Assembly: GCA_002269645.1 (NCBI GenBank)
Contig: NIVC01001183.1
Location: forward strand, 1-64,000
Source of the DNA: Macrostomum lignano
Lineage: Eukaryota
Direction of reading: 5' to 3'
DNA: 64,000 nucleotides
This document shows, piece after piece, positions 1 through 13,124 of this stretch. Position numbers and translations under genes: made by a program. A model generated the notes under the pieces. That model did not search any database, had not been told where the DNA came from, and was given only the letters and a program-made list of their open reading frames with translations. How positions within the stretch are numbered: position 1 is the stretch's first letter; each line of letters starts with the position of its first letter.

Positions 1-710
1 TGACCTACAGTCAGGACCTAGGACCTACAGTCGGAATCTAGGACCTACAGTCGGGATCTAGACCTACAGTCGGGACCTAGGACGTACAGTTGGGATCTAG
101 GACCTACAGTCGGACCTAGGACGTACAGTTGCGATCTAGGACGCTACAGTCGAGATCTAGGACCTACAGTCGGGACCTAGGACCTACGTGGGGATCTAGG
201 ACCTACAGTCGGGATCTAGGACCTACGATGGGGATCTAGGACTACAGTCGGGACCTAGGACCTACGGTGGGGATCTAGGACCTACAGTTGGGATCCAGGA
301 CCTACAGTCGGACCTAGGACCTACAGTCGGGACCTAGGACCTACGTGGGGACTAGGACCTACAGTCGGGACCTAGACCACGGTGGGGATCTAGGACCTAC
401 AGTCGGGACCGTAGGACCTAAAATCGGGACCTAGGACCTACAGTCGGGACCTAGGACCTACGGTGGGACCTAGGACCTACAATCGGGACCTAGGACCTAC
501 AGTCGGGACCTAGAACCTACAGTCGGGACCTAGGACCCCGGTGGGATCTAGGACCTACAGTCGGGACATAGGACCTACAGTCGGGATCTAGGACTACAGT
601 CGGGACCTAGGACCTACAGTCGGGACCTTGACCTACGTGGGGATCTAGGACCTACAGTCGGGACCTAGGACCTACAGTCGGGACCTAAAACCTACGGTGG
701 GGATCTAGGA
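1..710. repeat. Minisatellite, ~20-21 bp unit ggacctacagtcgggaccta
   Basis: Direct tandem copies with many single-base indels, upstream of UAP1. Confidence 0.95.
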
Positions 711-776
711 CAGCCTGAGTTTATCAGTCGCGAATCGATGAATTGCTAAAACTTTCAAGCGCAAAGTCCATCGAGC

Positions 777-3700
777 ATGTCAGCAGCAGCAGCCGATGCC
801 TCCTCGACGAAGCCAGACTCGAACGAGTCCGCCGCCAACTGTCCGACGCCGGCCAGCTGGCACCTCCTTGACGGCTGGCCGAGCCTATCCGGCGAGCAGC
901 GGGTTTCGGCTGCTTCGTCAACTCGAACGAATCGACTGGCCGGGCTTGTCCGCGCGCTGTCGAGCTGTCATGTCCGGCCAGCCGCCGCGACTTGGCGAAG
1001 GCTATGCGCCGCCTCCGGCCTCGGTTTGCGCCGGGCCTGGCGGACCGAGGGACTCCGAGCTGAGAGCCGCTGGTCTGGCCGCCGTGGCCGAGGACGCGTG
1101 GTCTGGTGCTGGTTGCTGGGGGACAGTGAGATTATTTAATTACTTAGGGACAGGTGAGATTTTTTGTTTGCTGGGGGACAGGTGAGATTGATTGGTTGCT
1201 GGGGACAGTTGAGATTGATTGGTTGCTGGGGACAGGTGAGATTGTTTGTTGCTGGGGGAATTAGTGAGATTGTTCTGGGAGAATTGGTGAGATTTTCTGG
1301 TTGCTGGGACAGGTGAGTGAGATTGATTGGTTGCTGGGGACAGGTGAGATTGTTTGGTTGCTGGGGACAGTTGAGATTGATTGGTTGCTGGGACAGGTGA
1401 GATTGTTTGGTTGCTGGGGGAATTAGTGAGATTGGTTCTGGGAGAATTGGTGAGATTTTCTGGTTGCTGGGGACAGGTGAGTGAGATTGATTGGTTGCTG
1501 GGGACAGGTGAGATTGTTTGGTTGCTGGGGGAATTAGTGAGATTGGTTCTGGGAGAATTGGTGAGATTTTTGGTTGCTGGGGGACAGGTGAGTGAGATTG
1601 ATTGGTTGCTGGGGACAGGTGAGATTGTTTGGTTGCTGGGGGAATTGGTGAGATTGTTTGTTGCTGGGGGAATTGGTGAGATTGTTCGGTTTCTGGGGGA
1701 CAGGTGAGTGAGATTATTTGGTTGCTGGGTGGCGGGTGAAATTGATTGGCTTCAGACCAAAAAGAAAATGGGTTGGTGTCGGCTTGTTGCTGGTTTCTAT
1801 GGCAACATATGGAGCAATAATAGGTATTGTACTCTTCGCTTAATCCGTTTGATAACCCGTCGAAATTGGTCTCACTCTAGTTGCTATGGTTGTAGTACTG
1901 TGCAACGTTGCTATGGCAACAACTACAATTCGATTTATCATTTATCAGTACAATGGAGTGGTTAAATTTCTTAGCAACTGGTTGCTACGGGAGGATACTA
2001 CTTCAAACACTTATCTTACAAACGATCTTGTTTCCCTAATCCTGCCAGGCCACCCGCCTCGGCGCCACCGGCCCAAAGGCGCCTACAATGTCGGCCTGCC
2101 CAGCGGCAAGTCTCTGTTCCAGTTGCACGCCGAGAAAGCCCTTCGAGTGGAAGCCATGGCCGGCGGCGGGCCCGGCCGCATAGCTTGGTACGTGATGACT
2201 CGGACAGCACTGGACCGGGCACAGAGGCTCTGTTCCGCGGCGCCGGCTGCTTCGGTCTCCGGCCGGATTGTGTCAGATTCTTTGAACAAGGCTCGGTGCC
2301 ATGCGTGGACACCGACGGGCGCGCGTTGATGGCCGGACCGGACGCTGTCCAGACTAGTCCGGACGGAAACGGCGGGCTTTATAGGCATTAAGAGAGTCGG
2401 GCGCCCTGGCCGACATGCGACGCCGGGGTATCGCCTGCCTGCAGGTTAGAGAGGCCTATTGCATGCATTGCTGGATGTGGATGGGAGCTTTGAAGGAGAG
2501 GGAGCTTTCAAGATCGGTGGGAAGATTGTGAGATTGGTAGATAGATTAGAAGATTAGTAGTTATTCGATAGATGAGTTAGAATATCGGTAGACGGTAGTT
2601 ATATCGGTAGATGGGTTAGAAGATCGGTAGTTATATTAGAAAATCGGTTGGTAGATTGTTAGATGGGTTAGAAGATGGTAGTTAGATTGTTAGATGAGCT
2701 AGAAGATCTGTAGTTAGATGAATTAGAAGATCGGTAGTTAGATCCGTAGATAGGTTAGAAGATTTGTACTAGTTCTAGTTAGATTAAATTAGAAGATCAA
2801 CAGTTATATCAGTAGATGGATTAGAAAATCGGCAGTTAGATCGGAAGATGGATTAGAAGATTTTTAGTTGGATTAGAAGATCGGTAAATCGCAATAATGC
2901 TAATTTGAGTAGCATACCTCATAACTGTCATCAGGTATTCGGCGTTGACAATATCCTCACACGAGTAGCCGACCCTCTATTTATTGGCCACTGCCTATTA
3001 GAGCGCGTCTCTATGGCTGCTAAAGTAGTTGAGCGCACCCGGCCAGAGGAGAGAGTAGGCGTCGTGGCCGCCGACACGGCCTCCGGTGGCTACCGGGTGG
3101 TTGAGTACTCGGAGATGAGGCCGGAGGATGCCGCGGCTAGGGAGCCCGACGGTCAGCGGCTGCTGATGCGTGCGGCCAATATCTGCCAGCACTATTTCAC
3201 GTTGGAATCGTTAGAATCCGTCTGTCAGCCTGAGAATGAGGTTAGACTGTTACCTTATCATGCGGCTAAGAAGAAGGTGCCTTATTGGGATGCTAATGCT
3301 GGTCAGATGGTGAGTTTTTTTGCTATGGTAATTTGTGTTGCAGTTGCGATTAATGGTTGCTAGGGCCTATTTTTAGCTATTATGCTGCACAATCGGTTAA
3401 TTGTTGCAAAGATCTACACTACAGGACCCTGATGCAGTTGATTAATTGTTGCTACGCTCGTAAGGTCCACAGGTCCATGATGCAGTTGGTTGATTGTTGC
3501 TAAGGTCCACAGGTCCATGATGCAGTTGGTTGATTGTTGCTAAGGTCTACAGGTCCATGATGCAGTTGGTTGATTGTTGCTAAGGTCTACAGGTTCATCA
3601 TGCAGTTGGTTGATTGTTGCTAAGGTCTACAGGTTCATGATGCAGTTGGTTGTTACTAAGGTCTACAGGACCATGATGCAGTTGGTTGTTACTAAGGTCT

Positions 3701-6700
3701 ACAGGACCATGATGCAGTTGGTTAAATGTTGCTAAGGTCTACAGGCTCATCATGCAGTTGGTAAATTGTTGCTAAGGTCTACAGGACCATGATGCAGTTG
3801 GTTGTTACTAAGGTCTACAGGACCATGATGCAGTTGGTTGTTACTAAGGTCTACAGGACCATGATGCAGTTGGTTAAATGTTGCTAAGGTCTACAGGACC
3901 ATGATGCAGTTGGTAAATTGTTGCTAAGGTCTACAGGACCATGATGCAGTTGGTAAATTGTTGCTAAGGTCTACAGGACCATGATGCAGTTGGTTGTTAC
4001 TAAGGTCTACAGGACCATGATGCAGTTGGTTAAATGTTGCTAAGGTCTACAGGACCATGATGCAGTTGATAATTGTTGCTAAGGTCTACAGGACCATGAT
4101 GCAGTTGGTAAATTGTTGCTAAGGTCTACAGGACCATGATGCAGTTGGTAAATTGTTGCTAAGGTCTACAGGACCATGATGCAGTTGGTTGATTGTTGCT
4201 AAGGTCTACAGGACCATGATGCAGTTGGTAAATTGTTGCTAAGGTCTACAGGACCATGATGCAGTTGGTTGTTACTAAGGTCTACAGGACCATGATGCAG
4301 TTGGTTAAATGTTGCTAAGGTCTACAGGACCATGATGCAGTTGGTAAATTGTTGCTAAGGTCTACAGGACCATGATGCAGTTGGTTGATTGTTGCTAAGG
4401 TCTACAGGACCATGATGCAGTTGGTAAATTGTTGCTAAGGTCTACAGGACCATGATGCAGTTGGTTGTTACTAAGGTCTACAGGACCATGATGCAGTTGG
4501 TTAAATGTTGCTAAGGTCTACAGGACCATGATTCAGTTGGTAAATTGTTGCTAAGGTCTACAGGACCATGATGCAGTTGGTAAATTGTTGCTAAGGTCTA
4601 CAGGACCATGATGCAGTTGATAATTGTTGCTAAGGTCTACAGGACCATGATGCAGTTGGTTGATTGTTGCTAAGGTCTACAGGACCATGATGCAGTTGGT
4701 TGATTGTTGCTAAGGTCTACAGGACCATGATGCAGTTGGTTGATTGTTGCTAAGGTCTACAGGACCATGATGCAGTTGGTAAATTGTTGCTAAGGTCTAC
4801 AGGACCATGATGCAGTTAGCATATTCTGTCTACTGGGTTGTTAGCCGAACAAATGAACGGCAAAAAAGCGTTAAAAAAGAAAGCGTGCGTCCAAATGCAG
4901 TTTATCATTCGCAAGTACTTCGAAGCTCTCGTTTGAACTGGCCGCGTTGGGCGTCAGGTAGTACCGCCAAACTTCGTTGAACAATGGTCGTTGTCTGCCA
5001 GTGTCCTCAATGACGGCACATAACTTTTGTGGGACAACTTTCTGCGGCCAATGTCTTTCTCTATGCAATTCACCAACTTCTTGTCACGGACTACTTAAGT
5101 AGAAGGATGTGACGCGCAAAAATGTGCAAATTTTATTGGTAGGCTGATTATTTAAGTTTATAATCCATGATGACGCAGTGCACATGTAATCTCATGACAG
5201 CATGTCGTCCGTCAAAAACGCTAAGGCATGTATTTATTAGAAAATAGTAAAAGCAACGTACAATATTAAATATTCAAAAACATTTTATTTTATTTTATTT
5301 TATAAAAATAAAACGTGGAACATAAAACACGAAACATAAACATAAACATAAATCATAAAACATGAATATGGAACGTAAACAAAAACATGAAAAATAAACA
5401 AACATGAAAGATACGAGCAAAGAATATAATCACAAAAAATAAGCACGGAACATGAACATAAAAGATGAATGTATACACTCACGGACAATGAAAGTATCCA
5501 CTCTGATCTAGTGAGCCATTTCTCTCCGATCGCAACTGCAAGTTACGCGACTGGCATCCCGCGCGGGGGAATATTTTGGAATTGTGACAATAAAGGGCGC
5601 ATTTATGACTTATCAGTTTCTATAGTGTAATAATAATATACCGTTTCCCGCACGGGATGCCAGTTACGTAACTTGCAGTTGCGCTTGAATCCAGCACGGC
5701 AAGGACGACAGTCCGCATGTGAACGGACTTGTCGCTAAAACCCACCTCTGCGCCTTCTGGGTGCCGGATTGCGCGCAAGACTAGCTTCTATTTGGGCGAC
5801 AGAGCGTCGCGTCTTCTAAGACTGCTGGCAGAAGCATAACAGGCTTACCGGCCCGGATGCGCTGGATTCTCCCATTTGTGACTAGCGCATTGGCAGTTAC
5901 GCGAACTATGTAGTCCACACACTTAAATGGGTACGCCGCACGAAGCTGCCGGTAAAAAACGGGCGCCAGCCGATTGAAGCGGTGTGCCCAATAGGCGCTG
6001 TGGCTGACGAAATTGCTCGACAGGGACTGTGAAAAGTTGACCAGCAAATGGGGACAATGTCGGTCGAGGCCGGGGCTTCAATGACACCAATGACGTCACC
6101 GGTTGCTGAAGCACCAGCTTGTCTGGCCTGTTCGAATGCAGCCAGTTTGTCGCATGTTCTTTAACGGCATCTGCCGCCTCTGCTGCCCTCTTGGCCAAGT
6201 CGGCCGCATGCTCGGCTCTTATGCCTACGCCTGCGGTGGCGTAGTTGGCTGGCAACCGTGCAGTTTCTGTCGCGCTTATTACAACACAGTGCTCAAAGTT
6301 GAGTTTAATTTATACGATTTAATTTACTAAGTGTAGTTCATTGAAGTAATTAATAGTTGGATATTAATTGGAAATGATAGTCTTTATTCGAGTGCAAATT
6401 TTATACTCAAAGAAAAATTACATTTTTGTTAAAGTGATTGACACTTGTGAAAATAAGCTGCCAGCCACAGAGTTCTAAGAAAAAATTGGATTGCTTTCAC
6501 AACCGCGAAAAGACTGCCGTATATGATTTAGTGCAAAAATTTTAGCGGTTATGAAATTTCGCGTTTGTAAAACCACACAAAAATCACTGGCACCATCAGT
6601 TGACATATCTACGGGAAAAAGCCGGAAAAAATTGGATTCGATTTAACCAACAAACAACTCTCAGTCACTACGCTTTTCAATGTGGTTCCATTGATGGCCT

Positions 6701-9700
6701 TACTTCTTCAGGTTATGCTCGATGCCCCGCAGGAAGGACCTCAGCGGTAAGTCTTCAGACAAGCCATTTTCGTTCCATCGCCGAGTTACGCGTTGCACCC
6801 TTGCGTTGCTCTCTGCATACTGATTCTTTTCCTTAGATGCAGCATGTTGATTCACCGCAGTGATTCCGTGCTGGTTGATAGAGAAAGTTCTCGAACAGAG
6901 ATTGCAAAACGCGTCGCCAGGGCAGACACCTTGGCGGCACCAATCGCCAATTCGCTGCCCATTTTTGTCGATCTTATTAAAGCATTCATTATTCCAAGTA
7001 GTCTGACGATTGGCAATAGCAGCTGAACTTGATTTGGAGGAAGAGCATCAAGTGTTGAGCTGCAATTTTGCGGCAAAGTTATAGACCAGCTGACCAAAAA
7101 TAGCACAGTGGTGGTCACAATGCCCGCACTTGCTCTCGTCATCAGCTGGGCCTGATAATCGATCTCTTCCTTAAAATAGTTCATGAGCATCGCAGACAGC
7201 TTTGCGCTTTCAAAAATTCGCTGCGGAAAAAGCTCGCGCTGGCAAACCTCGGCGGAAAACCTCCTCCGGGAAAGTCTCGTGCTCCCAGAAAAGCAGCGCG
7301 TTCATTGTATTAAGTTAATGAGTCAGGTACTCATTCCTTAACGACTCATTCCGTCGAATCGCCACAAAGACCTTCCAACAGTGATTTGTAAATGCGAAGG
7401 CGAATTTTGTCTGAAGCCTGATTTGGTCTAGAAATCTAGCTGCCAGCACAGCTCACAGTGTGGTCTTCGACCATGCAGATGTAACATGCTACAGACTGTC
7501 GGTGAAATCTCAAACATGTAATTGCAGAGCTTGCCCTCGTAAACTGAAGTCAGGAATCCTTTTGGCTTGCCGTCCTCTCTGATGGGGCACCCATCTGACA
7601 GCTTTCTGACTGCAGAATGGAATTAATTGTGCCATCTGACACGCCCACATTCTGCTCGAGCTCACGAGTGCTCACTTGCTTGTCATCGTTCAGCAGTCGC
7701 TTGGTGGCAGCCACAGTTGTTGGCGTGATGGCCGAGTTCGGACGTACTTCCTATGGGTCGTCGTCAAGACCGAATGCGGCTGTTCGAAAACAAGCACACC
7801 ACTCGTACACGACGCTCTGGCTTTTCGCTTCACTTCCAAGCGCCATTTAAAGCTGCTGCGGGCACTGTGATAGTGATTTGCCCGAGTGAAACAGCAGCAG
7901 GAACATGTCACGCTTGTCACGTCGGGTCAGGTTTGGTAGAGAGTCATGACTTTTTTTCAGATTGAGATTTCAGATTCAGCATATAAGTGCAGAAAGCTGA
8001 ATTTTTAGGCATAATCTCCTAACATATTTGTCCGCTCCACAAATACTATAAACCACAGTACCAAAATACTACCACAGTATCTGTGGTCCGCTCTGCCCAA
8101 AAAATCTTTAAAAGATAACTTGTAAGAACTGCAATTTTCCGGAAACTTATTGAGCAGCCCTCGTACATCGCGTAACTTTCCAGCAATCGATTTGACCATA
8201 AAGCAGAGTATTGTCGAAGCTGGATTTTCGTCTTACATTCCGACAACTCCGGCAGAATATTCGATATGCCTGTTGAAGTGAATCTCATCGAACATTAGAT
8301 TCATGTTGGACTCTGCGATTGGCAGTTTCTGACTTTGCTGGTGAATGTACGGCTTGTCGGAGACGCCAGGGTCCACAAAGAGAGGACTAGGGATTGAAAT
8401 CAACCTTCTAATGGAGGGTTGTGTCAGCACTGCTTTGTTCAATAGTGCCTGATAGCAAGATGTACTGACGGATCTTAGCACCATGGCAAACACTATAGAT
8501 TAATTACTCGTAGGTGAAGATCAAGTTGTTCTCAAATAAGCGGAAATTTCTGCAATTGTGGATCCACAGAATCAATAAAATCCAGATAATTACCCAGACA
8601 GTCAATAGCAGTTTCGTTTTTTTATTGTTGTGTTCGACGAAATCCAAGACTTGAGTAAGGCTAGTAGATTCTGAATTTGGGAAAACAATGTCACCTTCCC
8701 TTAACATATTTTAAACTCAACGTCGGTACAGCAAAGCGTCATTGAAGATGGCTATTGGAGGACAACAAAATCTGTCAGAATTCGGTTGCCTTCAAACTGC
8801 TCCATGATATCAGTCAGTGAGCTGATCTCGTCTGATGCCAGAAACTCAATGGCCTCTTTGTCCATTCTTTTCTGATCGGCTTCCAGTCTCTTCTTAACAG
8901 TGGCAGAAATTCCTCTAGCTTTAGCAACAGATGGCTGCAGCCGGTCAGAAAGTTCCATGAAAACAGAGGAAACTGCATTTTCTGGAGCTTTTTCTTCCTC
9001 AATTGCTGGCCTTCGCTATCACGCTTGTAACTTTTATTCGAGTCCTGCGATGTGGTAACAAAATTTTCATCCGTAAAGTGCTGGAAGCACAGTCAGAACT
9101 CTGGTTGGAATATAGTCTTCTCGTTGAATGCGCCGTAGCCGTTCTTGGAGTAGCTCCGACTCTTGTTGGGGAAGCTCGTGGAAAAAAACTTTCGATGTAG
9201 ACGATTCTTTTCTGGAATTGCCGGAGCGGCAATTTACAGTTGCACATTTGTATCCAATTTTGAGTGAGTAATTTGTTACTCGTTTTATTCAGTAACTTTT
9301 TTCTGTACATCCTTCACCCGTGCACTAGAATGACAATCTCTACAAGCGTATTCCCCATAATCCCAAAAAAGTTCCTCAGGACCAGAGACTCATTAAAATA
9401 GCATCACTGGACTGGAAGCTCCCCACACACATTTACCTCAGTGTGGCAGCCATTCCCAGCTATTTTGTGAGCAACATAGAGCATTTACTCGTAATATCAC
9501 TCAGAGGGTTCTTACGAGAGTCTTGAACACCAACACAAAAGCGCTATGTTTGGAGAAATTGTTAATACTGATCTAAGAATTTTGACTTTATTATGAGAAT
9601 TTATAAAAATAAAAGAAAAAATAGGGCCAGGCTCTGAACAAGCGTATTTAGGAATAATTACAGAACCCATGCGTAAATTAAGTCAAGGCAATTGAACCTA

Positions 9701-12163
9701 TATTTATCTACCTGAAACATATTTAGCCTTAAAAATGGTTCATCAACCGTAAGCGAGAGGCCACACAACTTGGCGATCTTTTGCTTCCTTCAACTTCCAC
9801 GATTTATAGAGCTCTCCTTAGCCAGATTTTTCATAATGCAGTTGCAGAAAGCCTTTTCCAGGCCCGTCTTCACATCGTGGCCGTGCGTGCAAATCACCAG
9901 CTGTATAAAGAACTCCAGAAAGCCTTCATCGTTGGCCATCTCATCCACAAGGCCATAGAAGAACTGCTGCTGCTTCTGCACAGTCAGGAACGCCTTGAGC
10001 TGTGAGTCCTTCCGTCGAATCTCCTCGAAGATTTTCTAGCAATGCATTATAAGTGCGAAAGCTAGTTCCCGTTGGCTGGCACAGACCTTGGTTGATCTTG
10101 ATGATTGCCAGAACCCAATCAACATCCAACGGTAACACCTCTTCCTGTTCAAGAAGCAGCTCTCTGCACTCGTCACAGTTTTGGTTCTGTTCGAACTTGC
10201 AAGCAACTGCGACGGTGACATAAAAGATTCCCGAACAGAGCCAGAGTCGGAGGACAACACGAAGGCACTGTCAGGGAATCCTATTGTCTCGCTGCGCTCC
10301 CCAGGAAGGGACTAACTAGTCAAGGCAGCATACAAGTTAAGGGGTTAAAGCTGAATTGGAAAGCATTGAATGAATAGGAAAATGCAACATTATTCTTTAA
10401 TTGATAACGCAAAGCCTTCAAAACTACTCTATAATCCCCAAATTTTGAGTAGTATTATTACGAAACCGTCCTTTCTTTAGTGCAAAAAATATTTTGCAAC
10501 CCTTTGTGGCGAGCATATCCATTGCCAGTAGATCATGGAAACCCCCCTTGAATGACATCGCGTTTTCGAACAATGATCCTCACAGCGACGCATAGCACTC
10601 TCTCGTCGAGTCTGAGCAGGTGTCATGGTGGTAGGTCGCTCCTCAGGAACAGTTTTGCTCAAGTAGAATGGCGCGTTGGTATGCTCAAGTTGGAAATCAA
10701 GTAGTTTGGAAAGATGCTGGGTACGACATTAGAAGTTTTTCAGCCGCTTTTGTTGTCCATCTGCATTTGCAAATGCGGAGCGCTTACGACTCGATTTGGA
10801 GTCCCGAGAGGCGTGAGTTGGTTACAAATAGCCTTTCTAAAAACGCAGTGAGCATATCCGGTAGTTGTGCTTTGTTTGGATCGCTGCGCAACTTCTCCAA
10901 CTCTGCTGCTGTCCACTTTCGGGGAATCGTAGAGATCCATTTTTCCAGAAGCTCCGGCTGTGCAGGTGGAGAAAATTTGCATCGAAACTGCCGGATCACC
11001 GGATGCTTCTCATATCGAGGCAGATAGGTGACACAAAGAAGCACATAGGAAAAGCCTTCATTGTCTAGCAAATGCCTTACACAGAAGGCCAGAGCACAAG
11101 AAGAAATTCTCCTTGGACAGGCCAGGATTGCCTGACTTGATCCTCCCACTGTTAAGAAAGTCAGCATACTCCTCCAGAAACCGTAGCTTCCAGTCAAGCG
11201 ATGAACGGACAGGATCCTGGCTGATGTCCTTTTCCTTGTACGGCGACTTGACATTGAGGAAATACCAAAGCTTCAGCCACCAAGGTGATGAAATCCGCGG
11301 AGCCTTGCCAGTGCCTACCATCATGTTCATAGTAGCTCGTAGTAGCGCAGAGTCAAAGACTGCGAGTCAAAGCTTTTTCTTCAGTGAGACCCCTGAACAC
11401 GCATGCTTTTAGCAGTAAAGCAAAAACCTTTACAGCCGTTTGCAGTTTTGAAAAAGCATGCATAGTTTTGTTTTTTGCATAAAACATGAAACGAGTTGTA
11501 AGACCCAAAAAACCATCTTGAAAGCACTGATGGGTGGCTGAAAATTGGGGAAAAAAGTGCTGACCAATCAGGAACCTTAGTACAAGAGAGCTCAGCGCGT
11601 TAGAGACCCTAAACAAGACTCTTAAAACATAATTATCCTGAACATAACAGGCAAAAAACGTGGTCGCAATGAACGATAACAGAGTTACCTGAACAAGATA
11701 TTTACAGAACGTTTACAGTAGCGACTGCTCCATTTTATACGCATACAATAGGTTAAGTGTTGATGAATACTATTAGTGTCCTTTTATGTCCCCCCTCACG
11801 TCCTCCCGGCTCAATCAGGTGCATAGTCCGCCAACTGAGAACGCCATCAAATTTGAAAAATTCGTCTTCGACGTATTCCCCGCCGCCGGCTCGAGTTTCG
11901 CCTTGTGGGAGGCCGCTCGCTCCGAAGAATTTTCGCCGTTAAAAAATGCTCCGGGCTCCAGCTCGGACTGCCCGGAGACTTGCCGGCGAGATGTGCTCGA
12001 ACTGCATACAAAGTGGCTGCTAACCGCCGCGTCAGCCAGCTCACTGGGCGGCTCTCGTCGCTATGCCGAAGTGTCGCCTTTGTTGAGCTACGCAGGCGAA
12101 GGTCTCGAAGGTGTCGACTTGTCTGGCAATCCGCCCGAGGGCCTGCTGTTTGTCGACGAGTGA
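777..12163 (+). CDS. UAP1: UDP-N-acetylglucosamine pyrophosphorylase, 4 coding exons: ~777-1126, ~2049-2444, 2935-3309, 11819-12163. Exons 1-2 contain several 1-nt indels.
   Basis: Motifs in the expected order: (LV)AGGQ|..[117 protein letters not shown] junctions at 2444/2935 and 3309/11819 join in frame. Exons 1-2 need frame changes. Confidence 0.93.
1108..1745 (+). repeat. Minisatellite, ~27 bp unit ggttgctgggggacaggtgagatt(g), with higher-order structure; the unit is the exon 1/intron 1 junction
   Basis: The unit matches the UAP1 codons for (L)VAGGQ plus the donor GTGAG. Confidence 0.93.
2510..2890. repeat. Degenerate tandem repeat (gttagaagatcggtag-like) in UAP1 intron 2
   Basis: Recurring ttagaagatcggtagttag variants. 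Confidence 0.7.
3420..4818. repeat. Minisatellite, 40-44 bp unit aggtctacaggaccatgatgcagttggt(aaatt/tgatt/-)gttgcta
   Basis: About 33 tandem copies in UAP1 intron 3. Confidence 0.97.
5531..5683. mobile_element. Small palindromic MITE-like element with ~40-bp imperfect inverted arms
   Basis: cgcaactgcaagttacgcgactggcatcccgcgcgggggaa (5531) versus ttcccgcacgggatgccagttacgtaacttgcagttgcg (ends 5683). No clear TSD. Confidence 0.55.
8150..9260 (-). mobile_element. Degenerate THAP + P-element (THAP9-like) transposase, N-terminal part
   Basis: Across frameshifts it reads [35 protein letters not shown] (THAP), then [34 protein letters not shown] and [12 protein letters not shown], as in P-type transposases around the first catalytic Asp. 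Confidence 0.75.
9750..11640 (-). mobile_element. Degenerate P-element transposase C-terminal fragments interrupted by a second THAP-domain fragment (~11020-10690)
   Basis: [53 protein letters not shown] and [26 protein letters not shown]. Internal THAP: [36 protein letters not shown]. Confidence 0.7.
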
Positions 12164-13124
12164 GCCGCAACCTGTTGGCTGATTTTGAATGAAAGATTTT
12201 CTAAATACTCTTAAAAGCCTACTTAGAGTAGTGAATTGGTGAGGAAAATTTTTTATAAATATCAATTCCCAGAGAAATGGTTCGCTTATTAATCAGGAAA
12301 TCTATTTATAGTCAGTCACAATACCTTATCTTCTGCGCTTCCTTTTGCTCCTTTTATTTTCCTTTTTCATTCATAGCTGACATCTTGCTGCCTTTTGTAG
12401 CGTCTTTTAAAGAACAAACAAATTCATCACCAATAAATATCTGGTCCTGTTATTACTATTTATTATAAAGTTCTGTTCACAGTGCCACAAAGAATTGCGT
12501 GCTTGGCCGAATTGCTTGATGCAGTTGTTTTATTAGTTTATTATTTTACAATCTCTACATTAATATTTAGGCCTGAATTGAGTGACTTATTAGTTGAACA
12601 ATTAATTCATCTTTTAGTGTACTTTTTTCTGCACTTTATTTGTTTTCTGTTCACTCTGTTTTTTCTTTTAACTTTGTTTTATTAAACAGAAATTTAGACA
12701 GCTGCTTTTTCGGATATATACTTATTAAAGCGTGTGCCAAACTATATAATATTCTGCTTGATTTATTATTTATTTACTTGGAACTCTTGAGATAGCAACG
12801 TTTCTATGGTTACGGTTAAACAAAGTTCGTGTCTTCATAGATCAAATAAGTTTTTTTAGACGATGCATGTTTATTGTATATTTTATCTATTAGCATGTTT
12901 ATATTATATTTCCTCTATTGAAATTAAAATCTGTGTTGGTCTATATCATACTAACATTACAAAGTGTAGTTTATCGAGCGTGACAGACAGTAATATTAGT
13001 GACTTCAGTTCCCACCTACTCACTATTGAATAAAAAATGAACAAAACAGATTTTTAAACTTACATAATAATGTACTTGTGATTATCGTGCATTCATTTTT
13101 TATAAGCTTGTAGGCGTCCCTGAA

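Noticed and set aside
3420-4818. CRISPR-like look (constant repeat with variable insert)
   Set aside because: The variable parts are only 0-5 nt drawn from a few recurring variants. There are no unique spacers and no cas genes, and the context is a eukaryotic intron.
6429-6450. ttaa|agtgattgacac resembling a Kolobok terminus
   Set aside because: No matching inverted end was found in the window.
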